From assembly GCA_030704615.1 (NCBI GenBank), contig CM060732.1, forward strand, positions 16,554,001-16,618,000: a DNA stretch of 64,000 nt, written 5' to 3'. Made by a program: the position numbers and the translations under genes. The notes beneath the pieces were generated by a model, which saw only the letters and a program-made list of their open reading frames with translations, was not told where the DNA came from and did not search any database. Below are positions 1 through 12,404 of this stretch, piece after piece. Origin of the DNA: Takakia lepidozioides (lineage: Eukaryota > Plantae > Bryophyta). Numbering within the stretch: the first letter of the stretch is position 1; each line of letters starts with the position of its first letter.

Positions 1-1098
1 ACTCCAACTTATGCAAGTGCTCATTCTTAGAGCTGTACACACTAAAATCATCCAAGAATACCTGCATGAAATCATCCAGATACTCATGAAAAGATTCACT
101 TATCACTCTCTGAAAGGTTGCTGGTGCATTACAAAGTCCAAAGGGCATGTTTTTGTATGCATAAGCACCCCAGTCTGTGATGAAAGCTGTCTTTCCCTGG
201 TCTTCTTCTGCCACTTGCACTTGATTATAACCATTGAAGCCATCCATGAATGAGTACATCTCATGGCCTGCCACAGTGTCCAATACCGCTTCTGTGAATG
301 GTAAGGGAAAATGATCTTTCTTTGTGCAAGCATTCAACTTCTTATAGTTCACACAAACTCTCAGTTTACCATTCTTCTTGGGAACTCACAATGGGTGACA
401 ACCAAGTTGTATACTCTATTGGGTATATAAACTTAGCCTCAGCCAACTTCTTGATCTCTTCTCCAACCTTCTGTGCATAGTTGGGATTCATTCTGTACCT
501 TGCCTGCTTGATTGGTGATGACCTTGGTTCTAGTTCAATCTTATGCTGACAAATTTCAGGTGGTATCCCTTTTAGATCCTCATAGCTCCAAGCAAATACA
601 TCTCTATATTTGATGAACAAACTCTTAGCTTCTTCAAAGAATTCTGGCTCCAAATCAGCTCCTACCTTCACCATCCTCGGTTCCTCTTCAGTTCCCACAT
701 TCACTTCCCTCACTTGCTCATCAGCTGTGATTGTCCAACCAGTCACCACTTCATCCTGTAAACTCACAGTGGCTGGTTCCTCTATGATTTCCATTTCTCC
801 TTCTCTTTCTTCATAGAAATGTGATGGGTAACTGCTGGTTTCCTCTTCAATTGGTGTTGCTGACACTACACCACAGCAGATACCTCTTAAACAACTTAGG
901 CCTTCCAGCCGCATCTCTGCCACCTGCTCCCACTCTGGGTGTGCAGCGAACAGGGTAGCTTCCTGCTCCTCATCCAGTCCTCCCCTCCAATCATACTCTC
1001 TGACCCCTTGAGGTCTTCTCGTAGCAGGTAATCTACTAGATTTCTTAGTGGTAATTTGTATCTCGTGCATCCCATTATGCACAGTTAGTAACTGAGAA
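1..1098 (-). pseudogene. Ty3/gypsy pol fragment (protease-RT linker and RT), truncated and frameshifted
   Basis: ORF 366..1082 (YRDVFAWSYEDLKGIPPEICQHKIEL...WLSPIV) is nearly identical, inverted, to ~59176-60273 of the element at the window end. Homology stops abruptly at ~1098. Confidence 0.9.
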
Positions 1099-1124
1099 AG
1101 GAAAATTAGAAGGGAGTACTTGGA

Positions 1125-1650
1125 TGAGATTCGGCACCGAAGTTCATCTGTCGCAAGGAAAAATAAAAAAAATAAAAAAATGACTTCAGATGAATTTCGG
1201 CACCGAAATCCATCCGCAGGGCAGCAGAATTAGGGTCGGAAAATGAGATGAAGAATGAATTTCGGCGCCGAAATACATCCATTCGGCCGATTCAGGATTA
1301 CTGTCATTCGGATGTCGGCACCAATATCCAGACACGTGGTGAATCACGACTGTAATCAGGAACACATTCATCCGTATTTTGGCATCCAAATTCAACCCTT
1401 ATGTGCAGAAACAATTTGATGAAGAAGATGTTCATCCGAATTTCGGCACCGAAATCCATCCGTTGGGTGTTTGGTCAGTTTTATGAGGTGAACAAATTAC
1501 GATTTCTGTCGCCGGAATTCATCCACTGGCTTCCAAAGCTGTTACATGACAGAGATGTTCATCCAGATTTCGGTGCCGAAATTCATGGGAAGGCTTGATT
1601 TATTGTAGCCCAAGTGGTTGTACATTACAATTCAGGCACCAAATATCCGA
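1125..1650. repeat. About 9 degenerate palindromic repeats (GATGAATTTCGGCRCCGAAATYCATC-like) at ~62-bp spacing with dissimilar spacers
   Basis: Copies near 1128, 1190, 1256, 1312, 1375, 1436, 1500, 1565, 1628. Same CGGYRCCG core as the 15-18 kb arrays. Confidence 0.7.
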
Positions 1651-1712
1651 TGTAAACTTCTTGTTGTCGTCCGTTTTTGTAACGTACGAGAAGTTCTTCG
1701 CCCCGCATACCG

Positions 1713-2132
1713 GTGGGTGACCCTGCAGCTTGGGCCACCCATCGGTGGGGGAAACTGAAAAGACGGCGGCCACCAACAAAGGCGAACGACACCAGGATGG
1801 CCAACGCTCTTGCAATGCTCTGCATAGTGCAAGGTTGCAGGGATGTTTCTCACCCCGGGATGGGGCGCATATTTCAGTTGTCAACAGCCGGGTCTGCTGC
1901 GCGCAGTGTCGTGTATGCAATCACGGTTTCACAGTACCCAGCTTGCAACTGTAAGGACTTCCTTGTTATGGAATCGAAGAATGCAGCATACGTCCCCTGC
2001 AAACACCTTTATTACATTTTTCTGAAGCGCATGAGTTGCATATCCGCAGTGGACGTCTTCATCCATGCTCCAACACTGAGTTTCAACGAGCTGCACAAAG
2101 CCCTACGGCGGGATACTGGTCGGACTGCTTGA
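1713..2132 (+). pseudogene. C-terminal SWIM zinc-finger fragment of a Mutator-like transposase-type protein
   Basis: YPACNCKDF...YVPCKHLYYIFLKRM fits SWIM (CxC-xn-CxH). Colinear homolog at ~46235-46640 on the minus strand (KRRHPPNKLNE..IANALRM; YLCKHLYYIYLKRL). Confidence 0.75.
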
Positions 2133-2810
2133 CATTCCACATTCGGGAAGGAGAAAGTGACAATTATATTACATTCATCTTCTTGCACCCTATTTTTTTG
2201 TGAGGAATTATACACTTGGTGGTGCCGCATCGCCATGGCTACAGGTGAATTTCGGTGCCGCAATACATGAGAATGTGGTTTTTGGCCATGAATGGCATGC
2301 GCATGCTTTTTTTTATTTTGGTTGTCTACAAATGGATCCGAGTAAAGCATACATTGTGTGGAGATTAATGGGCATTGAGGCCTATTTCAGCGCCGTTTAT
2401 GGTCTGTGTACTGCATAGTGCTTCCTTGTTACTGCTCTTCATTCAAATTGTAGTGATTTTGCAGCCCATCCTGGCGTTTTCGTCAACCTTTATGAGAAGA
2501 CTCCAATTTGCTACAAATACATTGTTACTGTTCTGCAAATGTGACGCCTTTACAAGATTGCTAGTTCTGTGTCCCAGTGGGAAGGGTCCTACTGCACATT
2601 CTAGCATTTGCATACTGCACCTTGTGCAAACAGCAATCCATACGACAAAGGACACGTCCCAGCATACTAGCAGTGAATTGCAAAAAACCTTAACAGATCC
2701 AAGCATGTATATTCCCCATATGGCACAGGGAAGCTGCTTGATTTCTGAATGAAAATGTATGTGCCATGAGTGTCGGCGAGTCGAAACATGTCTACTCTAG
2801 CATGCAAGAC

Positions 2811-3323
2811 CTATGGTCCCCTCGCCCAAGAAGAATGAACTCTAACTGGCCTCTCAAGGACCTCCTGAGTGACCGGGTGCCTATATTTGAACAAAATGTC
2901 AGTGGTTTCTGTCGCCCGGTTGAAACTAACGAGGATGTCGTGTTTATCAATAGCGCCCCCTTGGTAGAAGGACATTGTCACAGTGGGCCCTGTGTTCCCC
3001 TCCTCCTCATCCTCATAACTGAAGAGAATGTCCCCACTTTCCGAGCCAGTCCATCCACGCGTAAAGTTTTCACCTATGCACTCATCATACGTCCACTCGC
3101 AACAATTCCAACGATACAGCAACGCTGTGCGTGATCTGTTTGGCTCCCACTCATGCGGAAAGTCCAGGTCCATGATGCGTAGGAACCACCTGCTCCCCAA
3201 CCAGGGTCCAGGAGAATCGTGCAATCCTGGAAGAAACTCCATTGCTCTCAGCTGGACAAGTCGAGGATCGTCCCTGTAAACATCCAGGAAGACAATGATG
3301 TCGTCTGCTTTCGGGAGAATGAC
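2811..3323 (-). pseudogene. 3' part of a 183-aa intronless orphan ORF interrupted by the LTR element (5' part at 14658-14700)
   Basis: Removing 3324-14657 plus one TGAC copy gives a 552-nt ATG-to-stop frame: MSCPNHIYRRQTGV-ILPKADDIIVFLDVY...SSWARGP. Confidence 0.7.
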
Positions 3324-5595
3324 TGTAGTGTGAAAAGAAGGGGCGTGAATCCCCTTCTGGTTAATCCTAAAGCTGTGGTCCTCCCCTCCCCCCAGTTGAT
3401 TGTGCCCAGCAAAGGAAAGGAGCGTTCTTACTCTGTCCAACCATCGTCACACGGCTATATGGGTTTTCCTTCAGGTTCGTTCGTGATCAGAGTTTACGGA
3501 ATCCTCATCCACGCCGCAGCGGAAGAGAAGACATGGATGGGGAGTTTTTGAATTGTTCTTGCTCTCGGTTCTACTTCTATACAATAGCCTGGCCCTATGA
3601 TCACGGCGCCAACAGTGTTGGCGTGATCTTTTCTGTGATGCAAGCAACCCAATGGCAGCGGTAAACAGGACCCTTTGTGTGAAGCCCCCTTGAGCAGTGA
3701 CACGTCGGAAATCCCCTTTTGTAATGGTGACACAGATTTAGGAGAAGGCAGCTCAGGTCTTCTTGAACTGCAGAGGCACTGATTTCATTCAGGGTTCAGG
3801 TTTTCTTCATCTCATCTCCCCAAATTGGCCATCCCCCCCATCAGCCCTTTTGCTGAACAACTCTCTCATTTCCCAAATCCCCTTTTCTCTCTCTCTCTCT
3901 CTCATCCCTTTTTCGTCTGTTTCTCTATCTCTGTCTATGTCTACAGGCTCCTCACTTCTTCACAGCAGCACATCTATCATGTAATGCAAATGCACACTCT
4001 GCCAAGCATCCAGTGCAGCCAGCCTTGAAGTCATCCTCGGTCTCTCAAGACACAACCATCCTCTTCATCAGTCTCTCTCTCCCTCTCTCCCTCTTGTCCC
4101 TTTCTTCTCTGTTTCTCTCTCTCTCTCTCTCTGTCAATGTTCAACCCTTCACACTACCTTTTTCCAAAGAACCCATTGCCCAAACAGCTCTCATCCCTTC
4201 TTCAGGTTTCAACCAAATACCCCAACATCCCTCTTTTCCCTTCAATTGTGTCACGCAATTGTTCATATCCTGACACCATACTTAGATCACCTTATCCTTT
4301 CTATGTTTTCAACAGTTCCAGCTAACCCTCATTTGATCTCTCCAGGCAAACAAGCTAGATTTACATTGGTTTCAGTGCATCACTACCCACGGCAGCATTG
4401 TGTGCAGGTTTATAACACTGAAACAAGATTCAAGAATGAAGACAACAGTGACCATTCTGATTTCAGTGACAAACAGTCTCTCTCTCTCTCTCTCTCTTCA
4501 CTCATTTCTCTTACTGACATCACAACATCAGGTGCATCCATCCTTTCCATGTTCTGGTTTGAAGTCCAGAGTCTCCATTCCATTTCCAAAAACCTTTTCC
4601 TCTATCACATGTCTCCACCTTTTCTCTTCTACCAAGATGCAGTCCTAAATCTACCAAAAGCAATCTCTAAGTTTCAACAAAAAAAGGCCAACAGTCCACA
4701 GACTTATCTGTTTTTATCCTCTAGTGAAGCGGTGGGTCTGCCTGTCAAGGTGGCACCTCGCCATCGCCTGTCAGCAGCCACTTCAACCTTTTCTCCTTGT
4801 CTTGATTCCAGTCTTTATCATGCCATGATGGCTCCTCTTCATCCCTTGGAACATCTTGTGGCTTGCCCACTAAATTGCTCTATGCAATTCCTTCTTACGA
4901 ATCGACCTGGTCCTATAACAAGAAGACACAAAAGCAGCTAGAAGCTTGATGACAGAGAACCTGAGATGCCATACAGCCAGCACTCCACATGTTTTATCCC
5001 CCCCATTGATTGTGACCAGACTCTCTTCCTTGTGCTTCCAGCAGCTGGCCGTTTTCCTTGCTTGCTCATCTGCCCATAACTATCATCTTCAAGGCAATGG
5101 CGGCAACGGTGGTGCGCCGCTCTCCTTACATGCTCCTATCTCCTGGAATTGATCATCACTCCGAGAGAGGCGGCACCGCTTCCCTTTACACAGAATACCA
5201 AGCAGAGGCACTTAATGCCGCTTCCTAAACCAAGCAAAATCCCACAGCGTAGGTACAACCTCCCAACAACAGGCTGCCGTGCCAACACCACTGCTCGCAG
5301 CAGCTGCTACGAGTCACCCGTCATCTTCCTCTTTGTTTTTCTCAACCCGTGATTTTAGGTTAAGCACCAGTGATGAAAACGTTCATCGCATGGATGAAAA
5401 TACGCATTGTCATGACTTAGCCATTTTTTCTCCTGGCAAAGCATAAGCTCAGTGTGCCCATGAAATTACCTGCATGCAGGGATACATCCCTCCTGCAGTT
5501 GGGATAACGGGCACTCCTATTATGTGATGTAGGTCTTAACGGTAAAACAAAGATGTAATGTCACTCCCCTGCATTCACACTACATATGTAGTGTG
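3324..5595 (-). repeat. 3' LTR, including the palindrome 5576-5595 and the extra terminal 9-mer 3324-3332
   Basis: 3333-5584 matches 12404-14657 with roughly 14 substitutions and one 2-nt CT-microsatellite indel, counted by eye. Confidence 0.95.
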
Positions 5596-5606
5596 TCCCT
5601 CTTTTT
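5596..5606 (-). promoter_or_regulatory. Polypurine tract AAAAAGAGGGA
   Basis: Purine run on the element strand between the integrase stop codon and the 3' LTR. Confidence 0.85.
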
Positions 5607-8600
5607 AAGTGTCAGGGTCCTCACTGACCACCTTCATTGGCTGATCACCCACTGGTGGTATGAAGGGTTTCAAGTCCCTCCTACTTCTTACCCATTCCTT
5701 GTTTGCCCCATCTCTTAGCCTGCATCTGCGTGCAGCTTCCCCTGTCCTTGTGGTGTTTCCCGCATCTTTGTACCCCAAAAAGTCATAGGGTCCCTCCCAT
5801 GGAGATGTCATGGAAGACTTCTTCCCAGGCCTCATGATCATCACCTTGCTGTTCTCCATCAACCTGCAGTAGCTGTGCCCTGTTTGATGTTTCCTTGCAT
5901 AATCTCTTGCCTGCTGATGCTGCGCTTTCTTCACATTTTTTCGCAGCTTAGCTTTTATCTCTGAGAGGAGCTGGATTTTTTTCTGCATCATAAGTGTGAC
6001 CTCTGCAACAAATCCATCAAGATTTACTGCTGTTGTGAGAAAGTGCAACCTGTTATCGATCCCCAGTCTTGGAATCCTACCAGTCAGCACTTGAAAAGGT
6101 GAGAATCCTGTTGAAGCATGAATACCCATTCTGTAACCAAACAAGGCTTTGTATAGGTTCTGATCCCACTCGGTGTCGTTTCCAACTCCCAAGGTGGTGA
6201 TGCTCTGCTTGAGTGACTTAATCACTCTTGCCACCATACCATTACACTGCGGCTAGTAGGGAGCGCTATGCTCTCTTTTTATACCATATTCGCGGCACGT
6301 ATCTTCAAACTCACCTCCCCACTCCGTGCCATTGTCAGTGAGCAATGTGTGGGGGCAGCTATACCTATTAATCACTTCCTCCTCAAGAAAGCGGGCAGTA
6401 CGTGCTGCTGTATGATCTGCCACTGGTGCAGCCTCTATCCATTTTGAGAAGTGATCTATTGCCACTAGAAAGTACTGATTTCCCCTGCTGGTTATAGGTA
6501 ATGGTCATGCCGTGTCAATTGCAACTCTGAAAAACAGATCCACTACTGGAATACTGTGCAGTTTTAACAGTCCCATTGGTGGATATAAATTCTGCAATGT
6601 ATACACGCCTCCACGTGCATATGCTTCCGCGATTTTTGCTATCATGTTACCAATGGTTCCTGTGCAGCACGGAGCTCAGACTCGCATAACGTCCCGTCTA
6701 CACACCATGGTAAACGCATGCCATTTTCCCACATTTCTTCTTAAAAAAAGACCACGTTAGCACAATACAAAGGCGAAAATAATGGAAGCATATGCATGAT
6801 GGTGGCTGTAGCTACCTGAGCGCAACACTCCGTTCTGTTTAGCCATCTGACATTCGCCACAACCTTTGAGTACTTGCCTGATGAGTTTTGTTCTGTCATG
6901 CCAGAAATACCGTCGGCATATCTCTTCTTGTGTTCTTCGGACTCCAAAATGGCCCGTGGCCTTATGCACTTCAGTGATTATTGCCTCTCTGTCCGTTCTT
7001 GGTGGAACTACCCTTCCCTCAAAGTAGACCTCACCCTTGAGATAGGAGTACTGCCTTGCCCGCCTGTTGGCTCTTTTGCTCTCCTCCTTTGTCAGATAGT
7101 CATTGACTTCTCCAAAACATAAGAGATGCATAACTTCCACATCATCAAGTACATCAGGTTGCCTTTCCTCCTTAACAGCCACTGTATGATTGTCAGAGCT
7201 GATGAGAGACCTTTTCCCCCATCTTTCAGCTTTGCGTAATAGTGACATCTGAGTGGCCTTGGTGGGTGTGCTCCATGGCACCCAGTCCCCTTCATCATCC
7301 TTGTTATAAGAAGAAGTGTCTTGTTCGGAACAATGTGGCCCATCACTGTCTGAAGAATAAAATGTCTTGGTGGAACACTCACCCCCCATGTTCTCTTCAA
7401 CTGGCCATTCTGGCGAGGTAGTCACCCGAGTTTTTCTTGTTGTTTCTGTGCTTGTAGATTGTTGAAGGAATGGTGTTTCTTGCAAGCTCCCCTCTTCATC
7501 GTTTGATCGTTCCTTCACAATTTTGCAGGCTGGCTGTACCTTGCTTAGCTCCTGATCACGAGCATGAGATCCTCGGGTAACCACATGGATGGTGGGACAA
7601 AAGGTCATCAGATCTTCCTCTTCTTTGTTGTTGATTGCAGGATCCTCCTTTTTTCCTGCACCCATATCTTTCCAAATACCCTCCCTGACCAGATTGACAG
7701 GACCTGATTGATCAATTCCCTTTCCTTGTTTCTTGGCAGCCAAAGTCTGTGCAGCAAAAGTCACCATTTTTTCCTCCCCATTTGGCATTGTACCTGGTTT
7801 CAGTCCTCCTTTCAATACACCATGAGCCTTGGTCAACCTTCCACCTGTGGAAGAGCTATCTATTCCAGGAACGAACTCAAATGAAAAGTCACCAAGCAAA
7901 TCTATTCCTATGTGGTGCTCTGAGTACAGCCACCAATATGGGTCCAGATCTGTTTCTAAAGAAAAATGACTTCCCAACAGTGTTTTTTTGAAATGCCAAA
8001 GACCCCACACACATGCATAATACTCTTCTCTTTTGCAGATCATTTCCCCTCTTTCACTGCTATACCCCACTTGCCTATGAGCCTCTTCTCTCAACTCCTT
8101 CTTACCCTCCTTAAATTGAAATAGATAAGCCTTGATGGCACCCCTATCCCACTCTAGTTTAAGAAGATAGGCTCCATCCCTCTTCCTTCCTTCCCTTTTC
8201 TGTCTGTATAAAGAAGTAGAGTATACCTCGATTTCCTCGGTTTCCTCTGCTGGTCCCACTGGATACCTGCTTAGCGCATCTACGTTAGCATGCCTAGCAC
8301 CTGCCCTATGAACAATTTTAAACTCAAAATCTTGTAACATCATGATCCATCTACCCCTGCGTCCATATGCGTCACTTACCGTTGCCAACCACTCCAGTGG
8401 TTTGTGATCAGTCCTGATTACAAAAGGGGTTCCATACAGGTACTGCCTAAAGTGTAATACTCCCCACACCAGGGCATAGCATTCACCTTCCATAGGGTGA
8501 TATTTGCGCTGAGCATCAGATAGTACCTTACTGGCATATGCAATGACCCTCTCCTTTTTATACTCCTTTTGTGACAATACTGCCCCTACTCCTTTGATGG

Positions 8601-11201
8601 ACCAGTCAACATCCAAGACGAACGGTCTTGAGAAATCTGGTCTTGCCAGGATGGGAGCAGTTACCAACTTCACCTGTAAGGCAGAAAAGGCGTTTTGTGC
8701 CTCTGCACTCCAGATAAACTTCACATCTTTCTTGGTTAGAGTGAACAAGGGTACTACCACTCCAGCATATCCTTTGACATAGGGCCTATAGTACCCTGTC
8801 ATGCCCAAGTAGCTTTTGAGAGCAGTGTGGTTTTTGGGCAAGGGAAACCTTTCAATAGCAGCTATCTTATCTGGATCAGGCCACGTTCCCTCTTCAGAGA
8901 TCAAATGCCCAAGGAATACCAACTGTAAGTTGGCAAAGTAACACTTGTCCGGATTGAGCCTAAGATTGGCCTTTCTAACCTTTCTCAGTACTCTCTTTAT
9001 ATGTCCCACGTGATCTCCCCAGTCCTTGCTATGGATATTGACGTCATCTACAAAAACTTTAGCGCAATCTTTGATTTCTTCTTTGAGCACCCTATTCATT
9101 GTTCTCTGAAAGGTAGCAGTGGCATTTTTTAGCCCGAATGGCATGACTAGCCATTCATACAATCCCTTTTTGTGATCACTGCTGTTTTGCTTATGTCTCG
9201 GTCGTCCATTTTGATCTGCCAAAAACCAGATTGTAAATCCAGCGCAGAAAACCACTTGGCTTTCCCCAACTGGTTTAAAACATCCTGAATTAATGGCATA
9301 GGGTAAGAGTCCTTTCTGGTTAAACGGTTTACTGGCCTAAAATCACCACAAAACCGCTTGGATCCATCCTTTTTTGGTGGAAGGGTAACTGGACACGACC
9401 ATTCTGAACTACTCTCTCTCATCTTGCCTTGTGAGATCAAAGTCTCAATTTGTCCTTGTACCTCGTTTTCCTCCCACTCTGATAGGCGGCTGGGACGACT
9501 TCTGCAAGGGGGAAAGCCTTGAGTATCAATTGTATGTTCCACCTCACTGCAATATCCTAAGTCAGCCTTGCTAAGAGCAAAATATTCCTGATTTGCTTTT
9601 AGCTCTTGCTCCAGCTCTTTCCTTTGTTCTGGAGCGAGCTCTGGGTTGATGTGTAGTCTGGATTTCAGACTTCTCCAACGACTCTCCATTTCTTCCTCTT
9701 GACTGGGTTCTAAACTCTTTCCCTCCACCTGGCTTACAGAGTTAGCTACTCTCTGTCTTTCCTCCTGTGTGACAACCTGATTCCAATCATGGAAATCATC
9801 CTCTATTTCTACGTTGTTGTTCCCTAGTTCTCCATCCCAAGCCTTCTGGTGAGCTTCCTGAATTATAGCGGCAGCCATGCTACGTTGGGTCTCTTCCTGA
9901 AGGAGTTCAGACATCCCTTGGTCTTCGAACAAGTCCTCCCCTAGGCTGACATCATCTATTATCTCCTCAACATCCTTCAGTACTGTATCTACCTCCTCAC
10001 TCTCTTCAGAACCTCCCATCTCCTCATCCTTATCAGATTTAGAGGTGTCAGAACCTGAGGATCCTTCCTCTGTGTCCTCATACTCTTCCTCTGGCTTTCT
10101 TTCTTTCTCCCACAAGCCTAGGTACTGCTCATCTGACGTCAGGGTTAAGACATTACCTGCTGACGTACTGCCTGCATACCGCACTCTGCTCTCGACCCCT
10201 CTATGGCAGGCTGTTCTGGTAACTGCAGGCTCATTGTAATTTATGGTGTGCAAAGGGAAGTGAGCAAAATCCTTTCCTGGCCCATAGCGCACACGAATTG
10301 TTTCAGCTTCGGTGTCAACTACAGCGCCAAACTTTTTGAGAAAGTCTAATCCCAGCAGCATGTGATATGTATCCGTGTTCACCACCATAAAGGACAAACG
10401 ATTGGTCAGCTCTCCTACTTTGACCTTGATGTCCTCAAGTCTGCCCATTGCAGTCTCAAGAGCACCAGAGGCTACTCTGTAATTTACATCCTTACTAGTA
10501 ATGACAGATCCCATCAGACCAAGATCCCTTACAGTACTCGCGGATATTACTGAGAGCATGGCACCTGTGTCAATCTGGCCTAATACTTGGTAATCTCCCA
10601 TTGTAATCATCACATGAAGTGCCTTTACTTTACCAGTATAAGCATATGAGATTGTGGGTTCAGCGTGTGCTGAGTACAAAGGTCTTGGTACATCCCTCAC
10701 AACTTCTACACTGTGAGTTGTCTCCCTTTGTTGTACCATTGCCCTTTCCACCACTTTGACCAGCCCTTTCAATTTGTCTAGCTCTCCAGGCACAGTCATG
10801 ATTAGATCCATGGGAGACAACAAGATTCTCCCTTTGTAGAAGTGGTTCAAGATTCTGGATTTTGTACCTCCTTCTATGGCAGTCTTGAAATTGTTCTTTG
10901 GGTAGATTTCACTCTTGGTCCTGCTTGGCTGTTCACTGCTCTCACTATTTCTTTCTGGTGACCCTGTAGGTTCAACAATCGGACTCTGGACAGGGATACA
11001 TGTCCTTGGAAGTCTGACTTCATTGATACTATTTTGTGACATCAGATTTGTCATTTCTGCGAGTACATCATCCTCATCATCATAGAACACATCTACAAAG
11101 TTAGTTCCCGGAGTTCCCATCATAGTCTGGTCGAGTTTTCTACTGCACTCACTCTCTGTATGCCCGAGTAGCTTGCAAAAGTTGCATCTCACACCACACA
11201 T
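5605..11201 (-). pseudogene. pol (aspartic protease, RT, RNase H, degenerate second RNase H, integrase) with a frameshift, stops and an insertion
   Basis: Protease IDTGA; RT KKDGSKRFCGDFRPVN, LDLQSGFWQI, MPFGLKNA, FVDD; RH DVDWS..GECYALVW..TDHKPL; INT HKATGH..CGEC, IDHFSKW, TDNGTEW, WEGPY. Frameshift near 9160, stops near 6253 and 6506. Confidence 0.93.
6568..6808. mobile_element. ~240-bp MITE-like insertion inside the integrase
   Basis: Integrase breaks after ...NGVLRS and resumes at KLHSIPVVDLF. The insert has CAG...CTG ends and an internal inverted repeat TGCATATGCTTCC/GGAAGCATATGCA. No clean TSD. Confidence 0.5.
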
Positions 11202-11992
11202 TTCCGTGGAATGCCCGAACCGGTGACATTTGTCACACTTAGCTGGGGTTCTTCCTTCAAGACAATATGCAGCTATGTGACCTTCTTTGTGACAAACATT
11301 ACAAAGGCGAACACGAGGTGGTGTTCTAGATCCCGAGCTTTCTCCTATGACTGGTCCCCTATCAAAGTACTTCTGTAGGGTAGATCAAGTCTTCTGTCCA
11401 CAGGGTTGACAAACACAACTGACTCATCTGTATCATCTCCTTCCAATGGCTCTAGAGGTATTTCCCCTAACTTTCCCAGGCCCCTTTCAATCTCAATGGC
11501 TGTGTCAAGTGCTTCCTCTACATCAAGGAAGCGCCTGCCCAGCATTACTCTTGCTATTTCTGGTCTCAAACCCGCTGCAAATCTTCGCCTCTGTTCCAAA
11601 TCAGACGCCCCACTTCTTATAAATAACCGGTTCAACCTATCAAAGTATGTTTGAACCCTTTGTCTACTCTCCTGTTTGATGGTATCCATTCTTAGCCTGA
11701 TTTCTGCCAAGTCAATGATACCAAACTTGGCTGAAATGGCTGCCCTGAAATCTTCCCAGTTGTCTGGCCTAGGGTTTTGTTTACGGTACCATTCATCAGC
11801 CTTGGCTCTCAGGTTGAGCCTTGCTACTTTGAAAGTTTTGTCCTCATTTAAATCCCTGACATCTGCCTCCATCTGAATTCTTTCCAGCCAGTCGTTCACA
11901 TCCTCACTATTCCTACCATGATAAGGCACGTCTATGCTAGTTGGACTGGTCATTCTTCTATACTCTACTCGAAGTTCAAACTGTTTCAACAC
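11140..11992 (-). pseudogene. gag with three CCHC zinc knuckles (frameshifted near 11350)
   Basis: Capsid-like YHGRNSEDVNDWL...LRAKADEWY...KQESRQRVQTYFDR; knuckles CNVCHKEGHIAAYC, CDKCHRFGHSTEMC, CNFCKLLGHTESEC. Confidence 0.9.
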
Positions 11993-12024
11993 CTAATTCT
12001 GACTCTAATTTTCCTGCAACTCCC

Positions 12025-12348
12025 TTAATGCTGACCTCTATACCACTCCCACTGTCCATTTCGCAATATCTCTACTCTACCTCCCCATGTCACCTCTCGT
12101 GCCATGGTATTTATCTTCTCCCACCTTCCTAACTCTCTTATCCAAAGTGCTATGGTTGTTCTTCCACCAGTATGTATCACTCTAAGACATAAATCACCAT
12201 TAGCTATTCTCCAAGCAGGGTTGAAGAAGTACAAACAAGGGTCTGCGTGGGCATTTGGTGTGCGTCTGCTGAAGCAAATCAGCACATCTCCAATGCTTGG
12301 TTCATCAAGAATCAGTGTGTGGTCTCTGCCTGCCATCAAACCATCCAA
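12025..12348 (-). CDS. Small unknown ORF (107 aa) between PBS and gag
   Basis: Open frame on the element sense strand directly after the PBS, with globular-like composition and no recognised motif. Confidence 0.35.
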   Translation of the reverse strand: MDGLMAGRDHTLILDEPSIGDVLICFSRRTPNAHADPCLYFFNPAWRIANGDLCLRVIHTGGRTTIALWIRELGRWEKINTMAREVTWGGRVEILRNGQWEWYRGQH

Positions 12349-12392
12349 TACCAGTCAAGATCCCTAGCTAGTAGAAATCAAGATTTAACGAA

Positions 12393-12404
12393 GCTCTGAT
12401 ACCA
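12393..12404 (-). promoter_or_regulatory. Primer binding site for initiator tRNA-Met (TGGTATCAGAGC)
   Basis: Exact canonical plant PBS abutting the 5' LTR. Confidence 0.95.

Noticed and set aside
3494-5352. ORFs duplicated at 12565-14425
   Set aside because: They lie within the LTRs, include CT microsatellites and show no protein motifs.
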